Assembly (NCBI GenBank): GCA_963720755.1 | Contig: CAVRGP010000004.1 | Location: 1 to 17,601, forward strand | DNA length: 17,601 nt | Source of the DNA: an uncultured Chloroflexia bacterium | GTDB taxonomy: Bacteria > Chloroflexota > Limnocylindria > Limnocylindrales > CSP1-4 | Direction: 5' to 3' | In this document: positions 1 to 7,529 of the stretch, in pieces | Position numbering within the stretch: position 1 is the first letter of the stretch | Layout: each line of letters begins with the position of its first letter | The notes under the pieces: generated by a model | What the model was told of the DNA's origin: nothing | The model's database searches: none | Seen by the model: the letters and a program-made list of their open reading frames with translations, nothing else | Translations under genes and position numbers: made by a program

Positions 1-408
1 GGATGTCCCGGGCCGGCCTGCGCGGACCCACCGACTGGCTTGACCGTTGAATTGACTGTCGTTGATCCGGCGGTCCCGCCGCCCAGTCGCAACGGGCCGG
101 GCCTCGCCGTCACCATGGCTGCAGGGGCCGCCATCGCGCTGTTCCTGACCGTCAGCGTGGCCTTCTTGGTCGAAAACGTCTTGCCCAACCGAGACCAGCG
201 GGATCGTGCATCGTGGGCAAGCGCAGCGTCGGTCGCGCCCGCTATGGCCGACGCTTCGGTCGCGGGGTACGACGACACCTACCGACGGACATCCGCCACG
301 ATCGGCCGGGACCCGTTGGGTGCAGGCCCTGCCGCCGCCAATGCCCGGATCGCGACGCGCGGTGTCATCAACGACCTCGAGCTAGAGAAGAACCGACGGC
401 CGGAGTGA
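1..408 (+). CDS. C-terminal part of a Wzz/PCP-like (polysaccharide chain-length determinant / CpsC-YveK-like) membrane protein, 5'-truncated by the window
   Basis: Frame +1 is open from base 1 to TGA 406-408. It reads ELTVVDPAVPPPSRNGPG then a hydrophobic helix LAVTMAAGAAIALFLTVSVAFLVE, matching the 'V(I/V)DPAxxPxxP + TM2 ending AFLxE' signature of polysaccharide co-polymerases. The stop overlaps the next gene's GTG (GTGA). Confidence 0.6.
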   Translation, partial: GCPGPACADPPTGLTVELTVVDPAVPPPSRNGPGLAVTMAAGAAIALFLTVSVAFLVENVLPNRDQRDRASWASAASVAPAMADASVAGYDDTYRRTSATIGRDPLGAGPAAANARIATRGVINDLELEKNRRPE

Positions 409-1247
409 GACTGATCGCGATCACCAACCACAAGGGCGGCAGCGCGAAGACAACGACGGTCGTGAATTTGGCGGCGGCGCTGGCGGAACTCGCACAACGG
501 GTACTTGTCGTCGACATGGACCCACAGGGTTCGGCGACCAACTGGCTCGGACGGCCACTGGCGGATCGATCCGTGCTCGATGCCTATCTGTCACGAGCAG
601 ACCTTGTGCCGATGGTCACGCCGACAACCACTCCCGGTGTCGAGCTCGTGCCGTCCTCGCCTTGGCTGGTCGCGGCTGATCGCAGCCAGGAGATCGCGAT
701 CGGTCTCGGCATCATCGGATCCCTGGAGCGACTTCCGGATGCGTGGGACTACGTGCTTGTCGACTGCCCGCCGACGCAAGGTTCGCTGGCGGTCGCCCCG
801 CTAGCCGTGTGTGGATCCGTGATCATCCCGGTCGAGACTAGGGTCCTTGCCCTCACGGGACTGGTCAGCCTCACAGGCACCATGGACGCGATCCGCGAAC
901 GTTTGAATACGACGTTGACGCTCGATGCGATCATCGCCTGCCGTGTAAACCGCACCCGCCACGCCCGGGAGATCGTCCAACGACTGCGCGACGGGTACGG
1001 CGGAACGGTCCTTGAGACCATCATCCGCGAAGCCATAGCCTTGGCCGAGGCCCCCTCGTTTCAACTCCCGATCACGCTGTACGCACCAACCAGCGTCGGT
1101 GCCGACGACTATCGATCGGCGGCCCGCGAGCTTCTTGGCCGGCACCAGCGGGCCGACATGTGGGATCCGAGCCAGATCCCGGATGCGCGAGTTCCGACGT
1201 TCCGGCTTGATCGGCGTGAACTCACAAAGAGTTCGCGTCGCGAATAG
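405..1247 (+). CDS. ParA/Soj-family ATPase (280 aa)
   Basis: GTG at 405 overlaps the upstream TGA. Motifs: IAITNHKGGSAKTTT (deviant Walker A), RVLVVDMDPQG (A'), DYVLVDCPP (Walker B) and the Soj-like C-terminus LAEAPSFQLPITLYAPTSVGADDY. The ORF-track start at 213 is an upstream extension inside the previous gene. Confidence 0.9.
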   Translation: MRLIAITNHKGGSAKTTTVVNLAAALAELAQRVLVVDMDPQGSATNWLGRPLADRSVLDAYLSRADLVPMVTPTTTPGVELVPSSPWLVAADRSQEIAIGLGIIGSLERLPDAWDYVLVDCPPTQGSLAVAPLAVCGSVIIPVETRVLALTGLVSLTGTMDAIRERLNTTLTLDAIIACRVNRTRHAREIVQRLRDGYGGTVLETIIREAIALAEAPSFQLPITLYAPTSVGADDYRSAARELLGRHQRADMWDPSQIPDARVPTFRLDRRELTKSSRRE

Positions 1248-3039
1248 ACGACGCAACCGGCGCATCCTGCATCCGCCTTGGCATCTCGCGGTCGAGCAGC
1301 CTGAGTACCGCGTTCTGCGCGGAGATAGGCCGGACGGTATGGTCGCTGCCAGGCAACGCCTCGATCGTCGCGTTCGGCCATCGGCCAAGCTCGGCCAGGA
1401 TCCCGTCCCGCTCAAGTTCATCAAGAACGACCTCGTCGCCGGAGAACGCCAGAACGACGCGAGTGCCAGAGTCGCGCAAGCGGTCCAAGGTGCGTTCGAG
1501 TTCGACCTTCAGGGCAGGTATCGGTCGGCGATCCCGGAGCCTGCCGGGGACGTGGCTCGCCGATCGCGCCGCCTGACCGACGATCGCGCGACCGATGGAT
1601 CGGAAACGCGCGACTTCGATGTCGCCGTGCACGATCCTTTGCCACGAACCACGTTCGAGCAAGCGTTCGACCTGGCGCGCCTCCCGACGCTCGTCCAGAT
1701 CCGGTGCCCAAACGAGTGCCCTTGGATTTAGGACGATGGATCCGAAGACTCGATCATCGACCGCGGCGCAGTTGAAAGCCCAGTACGCGCCGCCACACAG
1801 ACCGATGAGGGCGAACCGGGGGCCGAAACCCTGGGCCTCGAGCGCGTCGAGGACGGCACGGCCGTGTTCACCTCGATGCGGCGAATAGAATGGTCCCGAC
1901 TCGGAGTACATCGAGGCGTCGCCATCGGAATCGCCGATGCCTTCGAAATCGACACGGAGCGTCGGGATCCCGCGCGCTGCCCAGGAACGGGCTGCCTCGA
2001 CCCATAGGCGGTTGGGTCCGGTGCGGCGGACCGCACCGGCATTGAGGAATACGGCGCATGTATCGGTCGGGCGCGGCTCGACCGGCTGGGCCAGGATCGC
2101 GAATGACTGGCCGAACGGAAGATCGAGACAGAGCGGTGTCTCCTGGATGGCAGTCCCGTCGGCCACGAGATCCAGGTGATCAGCAATGTCAGTCCCGTAG
2201 CGCGGCACCGAACTTGAGGGAGCGGACCACGCCGGCGGCACCGACGATAGCCAGGACCCTACGTGATCGAATACCTCGAGGGGCGGTTCGTAGCGCTCCG
2301 GATGGAAGCACATCGCGCCCCATCCGATACCGGACCCGAAGGAAACGTCCGTGCCGCCTGTTCCGATCCGCCCCCAACGCTCATCGGCTGCCAGCCCGTC
2401 ACGACTCAGGACGAGGGCGCGACGTAGCCCCGCCAGATCCATGTCGGCGATGTCAAGCCGCCCGAGGTCCGCGATCGTCTCGGCCGACATGACGAAGCCG
2501 CCGACCTCCATCCAGCCGTCTGGCAGGGCGTCCGCATCGGGATCGTCGGTCAGTCCGTATCGCGAACTCTGCAGGCTCGCGAATGCTCGCTGCTCTCGGA
2601 GGAACGTGCGCCCTCGAGCCGGAGATGCCCAAACGACCAATTCGTCGATCGGAGCGCCGTGCTCGAGTGCCGCACCGGCGATCAAACCACCGAGTCCCAG
2701 TCCGATGACGGCGACGCGCGCGCCCGTCGATTCGGCCAACCACGTCGAGGCTGCCACCACCGAGTTCCGCCAGGCGTCGACGCGACCACCATCGCCGGGA
2801 GAACCCGCGCTGTCCCCACACCCGGGGTAGTCGATCCGCAGGGTCGGATAGCCCAGCGACGCCAGGTTCATCGCCCAAGTTCGTCGGGCGCGGTACGAGG
2901 CCACTTCGTCCCAGCCCCAGGGTGGGCAGATGAGAACCGCCGTTCCCGGCGATGACACCGTCGCGGCATGGAACATCCCGAAGATCGCAAGCTCTCCCGC
3001 ACCGAGATACACGGGACGAGCTGATGGCGGTGTGCTCAA
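1222..3039 (-). CDS. Tandem (fused) alpha/beta-hydrolase-fold protein, resembling a fusion of exosortase-A-system-associated hydrolase 2 and hydrolase 1; putative thioesterase/acyltransferase (605 aa)
   Basis: Two repeated modules: GYPTLRIDYPGCGDSAG...VIGLGLGG...VVWASP and GIPTLRVDFEGIGDSDG...LIGLCGGAY...IVLNP...SGDE...SDHT. The TTG start overlaps the GH2 stop (TTGA at 3039-3036). Confidence 0.85.
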   Translation of the reverse strand: MSTPPSARPVYLGAGELAIFGMFHAATVSSPGTAVLICPPWGWDEVASYRARRTWAMNLASLGYPTLRIDYPGCGDSAGSPGDGGRVDAWRNSVVAASTWLAESTGARVAVIGLGLGGLIAGAALEHGAPIDELVVWASPARGRTFLREQRAFASLQSSRYGLTDDPDADALPDGWMEVGGFVMSAETIADLGRLDIADMDLAGLRRALVLSRDGLAADERWGRIGTGGTDVSFGSGIGWGAMCFHPERYEPPLEVFDHVGSWLSSVPPAWSAPSSSVPRYGTDIADHLDLVADGTAIQETPLCLDLPFGQSFAILAQPVEPRPTDTCAVFLNAGAVRRTGPNRLWVEAARSWAARGIPTLRVDFEGIGDSDGDASMYSESGPFYSPHRGEHGRAVLDALEAQGFGPRFALIGLCGGAYWAFNCAAVDDRVFGSIVLNPRALVWAPDLDERREARQVERLLERGSWQRIVHGDIEVARFRSIGRAIVGQAARSASHVPGRLRDRRPIPALKVELERTLDRLRDSGTRVVLAFSGDEVVLDELERDGILAELGRWPNATIEALPGSDHTVRPISAQNAVLRLLDREMPRRMQDAPVASSIRDANSL

Positions 3040-5627
3040 GTCGGCCCCGTCATCACATGGATCGGCAGTTCCCCGACCAGGTTGAGCGCCGTCACTGTCC
3101 CGCCGACGATGGCCTCGTCGAGGGACCGTGGGCAGAGTTCGATCTCACGGCTGTGACCGGGCTCGACCGAGAACGCGTCATCTGACCATCGAGCGCCGTC
3201 CACGTGGATCCGAACGCCATAGGCGAGCCGTCGCGAGCGGATCATGAGGCTGCGCGTCCCGTCCGGGTTCGAGCGCGTCGTTGCCTCCAGACCCATCCGA
3301 TCAGCCGACTCCGCGATGAGCGGCCGGCCGGCCGGGAACCGGAACGACTGCGACAGCGGCACGAGCCCGCCTTCACCCTCTCGCTCGAGGGTCACGACGA
3401 TCGCATCATGACCGGGCGCTCCGAAACGGTAGGCCCAGGCTGCGTCGACGAACTGGCCAAGCACCGTCTCTACGTCTCGCTCCAGGGAACCGTGTGGCGG
3501 CAACGACACGACCTCCGAGCCTTCCCAAACCGGCCGCTCGGAGTCGTGATAGAGGGTGACCCGCAAACGAGCGAGGAGTTCGTGTGGATGGTCATTGGCG
3601 GCATGGATCAGGATACCGCCGAGTCCCTCGTCGGTCGTCCACACGGCCACCGGGGCGAGGATCCGTCGGAGGTGGTGATAGGCGACCTTGGGGGACCCCA
3701 GGTGATCGAGCACGCCCCAGCCTGCGCCGGGCACGAGGTCGCGGAGCCACAGGACGAGGGCGCCGCCGCATGGCGATCCAGCTCGCCGCCATTCGCCGAA
3801 GACTTCTGACATCACTTCACCGGTGACCGCGCGAGAGAGTTCGAGGTACCGGTCCGGGTCGGCCAGGCGAAGTTCGAGCGGATCGACGCCGAAGGTCGAC
3901 TCCAGGTAATGATCGCGGACATCGTCGAAATCCCAATCGGCGCCGACGTCCCGGGGGACACTCGCTTTCCAGCGTGGATCATCGATCGGGCCTATGGACG
4001 AACCGGCGAGGAGTTCGTCGACGACGCTCTCGTCGGGGACGTTCGCGAAGGCCAGGCATTCGGCGGCGAACCGGACACCGGCGACCCTCGCATCGACGAG
4101 CGGTCGACGGTAGCCACCGACCCCGTAATAGTTCGCGACCCCACGGTCGGGACGAAACGGCAGGTCACCGCCGAACGGGGCGGATGGGACGTACACCGCG
4201 TCGGCCCCCGACGCAGCCAGGATCCCAGGAACGGTCGAGCCGAAGAATCCTCCTCGACCCAGGCCCGGGTCGAGACCGAGCATCGCGACCTGCTGTTCGA
4301 TCTCGCTGTTGCCGCAGACGACGGCGAGACTCGGTCGTCCGGCGAGCCCCTCAATCACGTCCGTCACTTCGCGTTCGGCGGTTGCTCGGAACGCGTCATC
4401 GGCGAACGGATAGTCGAGGTTGGCGAACATCAGGTCCTGCCAGACGAGGATGCCAAGCTCGTCGCACAGATCGTGGAACGCATTGGTCTCGTACGCCCCG
4501 GTCCCGGGCACCCGGAGCACGTTCATCCCGGCGTCGCGGACCGTCTGGATCGCAGCGCGGAGCTGGTTCGTGGACGGCGTGAGTCCGATCGGGTCGATCG
4601 GCGTCCACACGGCACCGCGCGCGAACACCCGGACGCCGTTGATGTGCAGGTCGAGGCCATCGCGCTCGATGTCGTGATCAGGGGTCGGTCCAGCAGCCAA
4701 CGTGCGGAATCCGACGCGGCCGGCGTCGACCGACACGGAGCGATCACCAAGATCGATGGCCACGCGGACGGCATAGAGGGCAGGGTCGCCGTGGGTATGC
4801 GGCCACCAGCGGGCGACCTGCGGGATCCGGACCGTGCCTGCGACGATGACGCCGCCGCCATCGACCCGAACGTCCACAGGCTCCCGGGTGCGTCCGGTCG
4901 GACCTTCGACCTCGACGAAGGCGGCATCGATCGTTCGGCCGCCGAGCGTCCGGACCCGGAGTTCTACGCCGAGGCTCCCGTCGTCGCCATCGAGTTCGGG
5001 GCGCAGGCGAAGGCGCTCGACGACGACATTTCGGCGACGCTCGAGCCGGATCGGACGCCACGGGCCTACGGCAGGAGGTCCGGGGGCAAACCCCGGAGCC
5101 CGGCCGATGAGCATCGTCCTGAACCAGCGCAGGCCGCCGTCCGTCACGAGCCGGGTGCGCCAGCGGGCACGCGGCTTGCGAGCGACGCGCAGCGCGGGCC
5201 CGAGCGCTCGACAGCGGATCAGGAGTTCGCTCTCGCCCCTGAGTCGGTCACCGACCTCGATCTCGTGGCGCTCGAACATGGACTCGCTGGACAGCAGCAG
5301 GTCGCCATCGAGGAAGACCTCGGCCAGGGTCGCGATCCCGTCGAGACAAAGCACCACTTCCTCACCGGGTCCTGCCGATGCCGCTGTGAAGGTGGTCTTG
5401 AACCACCAATCCTCGGCGTCAAGATCGCCGGCCGGCTGGCCCGCATCCGCCAGGACCTTGGCGGCGGTGCCGGGCACCTGGGCCGGCTGCCACGGCGACC
5501 GCTCACCGGGTCGCGTCGCGTTCGCGTCTCCATCGGACGTGACGGCTGTGGCGACCCAGCCGCGGTCGAGTTGGACGACATCATGACCGTCGACGCGTCC
5601 GCGTCGGGTCGGAACCGCGGCTGGCAT
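3036..5627 (-). CDS. Glycoside hydrolase family 2 protein, beta-mannosidase-like architecture (863 aa)
   Basis: Motifs: LDGIATLAEVFLDG...SESMF, WWPHTHGDPALY, RVGFRT, INGVRVFARGAVW, GMNVLRV, LCDELGILVWQDLMFA, CGNSE (acid/base Glu, codon 4304-4302), RFAAEC (nucleophile Glu, codon 4061-4059), WSDDAFSVEPG. ATG at 5627 lies just past the DUF1839 stop (4-nt gap). The ORF-track start at 5936 overlaps DUF1839 and is rejected. Confidence 0.88.
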   Translation of the reverse strand: MPAAVPTRRGRVDGHDVVQLDRGWVATAVTSDGDANATRPGERSPWQPAQVPGTAAKVLADAGQPAGDLDAEDWWFKTTFTAASAGPGEEVVLCLDGIATLAEVFLDGDLLLSSESMFERHEIEVGDRLRGESELLIRCRALGPALRVARKPRARWRTRLVTDGGLRWFRTMLIGRAPGFAPGPPAVGPWRPIRLERRRNVVVERLRLRPELDGDDGSLGVELRVRTLGGRTIDAAFVEVEGPTGRTREPVDVRVDGGGVIVAGTVRIPQVARWWPHTHGDPALYAVRVAIDLGDRSVSVDAGRVGFRTLAAGPTPDHDIERDGLDLHINGVRVFARGAVWTPIDPIGLTPSTNQLRAAIQTVRDAGMNVLRVPGTGAYETNAFHDLCDELGILVWQDLMFANLDYPFADDAFRATAEREVTDVIEGLAGRPSLAVVCGNSEIEQQVAMLGLDPGLGRGGFFGSTVPGILAASGADAVYVPSAPFGGDLPFRPDRGVANYYGVGGYRRPLVDARVAGVRFAAECLAFANVPDESVVDELLAGSSIGPIDDPRWKASVPRDVGADWDFDDVRDHYLESTFGVDPLELRLADPDRYLELSRAVTGEVMSEVFGEWRRAGSPCGGALVLWLRDLVPGAGWGVLDHLGSPKVAYHHLRRILAPVAVWTTDEGLGGILIHAANDHPHELLARLRVTLYHDSERPVWEGSEVVSLPPHGSLERDVETVLGQFVDAAWAYRFGAPGHDAIVVTLEREGEGGLVPLSQSFRFPAGRPLIAESADRMGLEATTRSNPDGTRSLMIRSRRLAYGVRIHVDGARWSDDAFSVEPGHSREIELCPRSLDEAIVGGTVTALNLVGELPIHVMTGPT

Positions 5628-5631
5628 GGCC

Positions 5632-6603
5632 CTAGCGTACGGCGTCGTCGAGGTAGCCGATGGCCTCGGTCCAGTCCCTGCCCATATCGTCGATCGTCGG
5701 CGCCGCGTCGAACGGTCGTCGACGAGCCAGCTTGAACCCGAGCACCTTGGACGCCTCGACGATCCGAGCGAGGGCCGCGGACGCCCCGTCACCCTCATCA
5801 CCGAGGAGCCATTCGACATGTGAGGCGAGCAGTTCGAACCCAGCCCCGGCCATGCGCACGGTCGCGAACGCATAGGCGTGGTACATCGCCGCGTCGCCCT
5901 CGAGCAACGACGGGAGGTCGCGTTCCAGCCGATCACCGAAGCGCTCGAATGGATTGCCGGGCGGGATCAGGGTCATGTGATGTCGCAGGATCGAGCGAGC
6001 CTCGCCCCGGAGATCCTCGCCGGAGAGCGGAGTCCCGACGTCGAAGCGAACGAGCTCCGCGTACGGCGGGAGGACATCCTCCGATGAGCCGGCGATGCGG
6101 AAGATCCCGCGGTAGTCATCGCCGGCCAACTCGTACAGCGAGGTGTTGTGGTAGTAGCGAAGGCGAGCTGCGTCGAGATCGATCGCCTCCGCTGCGATGC
6201 TCGTCTTCACGTGCTCCCGGTGGTAGCTCGTGGCCAAGGTGTCCGGGAGATGCCAGGCGTCAAGCTCGACGGTCATGGTCCGCCCATCGGCTAACAGCTC
6301 GGCCATCTGGGTGGGGATATCCCGGTACGGCTGCATCTCGTGGATGTCGATCCCGAACAGCGTCTCCAGGTCGGTCGGCGAGGGCTTGAAGAAGGTCCAC
6401 TGGTCACCTTCGAAGTCCTGCCTGACGGTCGGCCCGAGCGCGGCAAGAGGCTCGACGCCATGAGCATGGAGTAACTCGATCAGGAGGTCCGTGTAGCAGT
6501 TCGTCTCGACATAGGTTCGGTCGCCCGAGTGCAGGGCGTGTGGACGATAGGTCGCCGGATCGTGACCGAACAGGCTGACCATGGACGGGGCCGCCGAGGT
6601 CAC
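5632..6603 (-). CDS. DUF1839 family protein (323 aa; alternative ATG start 6582)
   Basis: Characteristic segments HALH...ETNCYTDLLIELLH, DFEGDQWTFFKP, ELDAWHLPDT..SYHREHVKTSI, YYHN, LPPYAE, YHAYAFATVRMAGAGFELLA. The GTG start overlaps the ligase TGA (GTGA 6603-6600). The family is recalled as a regular neighbour of aa:CP ligases. Confidence 0.82.
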   Translation of the reverse strand: MTSAAPSMVSLFGHDPATYRPHALHSGDRTYVETNCYTDLLIELLHAHGVEPLAALGPTVRQDFEGDQWTFFKPSPTDLETLFGIDIHEMQPYRDIPTQMAELLADGRTMTVELDAWHLPDTLATSYHREHVKTSIAAEAIDLDAARLRYYHNTSLYELAGDDYRGIFRIAGSSEDVLPPYAELVRFDVGTPLSGEDLRGEARSILRHHMTLIPPGNPFERFGDRLERDLPSLLEGDAAMYHAYAFATVRMAGAGFELLASHVEWLLGDEGDGASAALARIVEASKVLGFKLARRRPFDAAPTIDDMGRDWTEAIGYLDDAVR

Positions 6604-7529
6604 GGCCACAGTTCCCGCCGGACGTCCTCCGGCCACGTCGCCGGGTCCAGTCCGTGCCGTCGCAGCAATCCAAGGGTAATACGTTCCAACCCGAACCCGA
6701 GGCAGGCGGTGTGGGCAGGTCCGCCATCGGCCATCGTGATGCCGAAGGTGTGGGCGAAATGGTCCTGGTGGTAGTTGAACGATGCGACCGCTGTCGGTTC
6801 TGGATCGGTGATCTGGATCAGTACTTCGAACTTGAGTTCCTGGGCGCGCTGGTTCGCGGCGAGCATCCGACCTGAACGGCCGAAGAACGGGTCGGCGGCG
6901 ACTTCCGGGTGCGGATCGAGCCCGACCCTGGCCAGGATCTCCGTAGCGCGGTCGCGCCACGAGTCACGCCACGCCGCGACAGTATCGGGTTCACCGAGGC
7001 GGATGATCTCGCGCTGGTGGAACATCTGGAGCCTGGCCGGATCCCCGGATGGCTCGTGGCGGAACACGTAGGCGCCCCCGGCGTCGATCAACGCGCCGCC
7101 GGCCGGCAGCGGCCCGCGACGACCGATCGCCGGGTAGACGGGATAGCAGGCCGCCGGGAGCAGGACCAGGTCCGTCATCGACTGGAATCCGCTCCAGTCT
7201 CCGTGATGGCTGGCCAGGGCCTCCTGCTCGACGGCTTCGCGCTCGGTCCCGTCGAACGAGAAGATGGTCCCGGCGAGGTGCGGGAACGACTGCAGGTAGC
7301 CGCTCGCCTCGAAGTGGCGCCGGGGCAGGATCGGCGGGAACCGGACCACTTCCGCCTGGTCGGGGGCCGCCACCCGGCTGACGAGCTGGTCGAATCCCTG
7401 CAGCACGCCCTCGAAGACCGCGTTCCGACCGTAGACGCCCGGCTCCCCGGTCTCGATGAGCAGGCCGTGGTCGATCAGTTCCGACAGGAATGCGGCCTGG
7501 TCGGTGGAGGCCGCGCGGAAACCGGCCAT
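6600..7529 (-). CDS. Amino acid--[acyl-carrier-protein] ligase (class II aaRS homolog of methanogenic-type SerRS catalytic domain; Bll0957/Atu2573 type), 309 aa
   Basis: Motifs: SGYLQSFPHLAG, LLPAACYPVYP, class II motif 2 FRHEPS.DPARLQMFHQRE, SFNYHQDHF and motif 3 HTACLGFGLER. A Cys/Glu/Cys set fits the Zn site. There is no tRNA-binding domain. The start overlaps the upstream TAA (TAATG). Confidence 0.93.
   Translation of the reverse strand: MAGFRAASTDQAAFLSELIDHGLLIETGEPGVYGRNAVFEGVLQGFDQLVSRVAAPDQAEVVRFPPILPRRHFEASGYLQSFPHLAGTIFSFDGTEREAVEQEALASHHGDWSGFQSMTDLVLLPAACYPVYPAIGRRGPLPAGGALIDAGGAYVFRHEPSGDPARLQMFHQREIIRLGEPDTVAAWRDSWRDRATEILARVGLDPHPEVAADPFFGRSGRMLAANQRAQELKFEVLIQITDPEPTAVASFNYHQDHFAHTFGITMADGGPAHTACLGFGLERITLGLLRRHGLDPATWPEDVRRELWP

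Noticed and set aside
213-404. Arg-rich N-terminal extension of ParA
   Set aside because: It lies out of frame within the Wzz-like gene; GTG 405 gives a normal ParA start with a GTGA overlap.
405-1247. Plasmid/prophage partition system or BY-kinase
   Set aside because: No parB, parS-like repeats, rep or phage genes are visible; there is no Tyr cluster or BY-kinase-type Walker motif.
3909-5735. 608-aa plus-strand ORF
   Set aside because: Antisense shadow of the GH2 gene with no recognisable motifs; long antisense ORFs are expected at this GC content.
6600-7529. Calling the ligase a housekeeping seryl-tRNA synthetase (serS)
   Set aside because: It is only 309 aa with no tRNA-binding domain, and it sits in an operon with a carrier protein.
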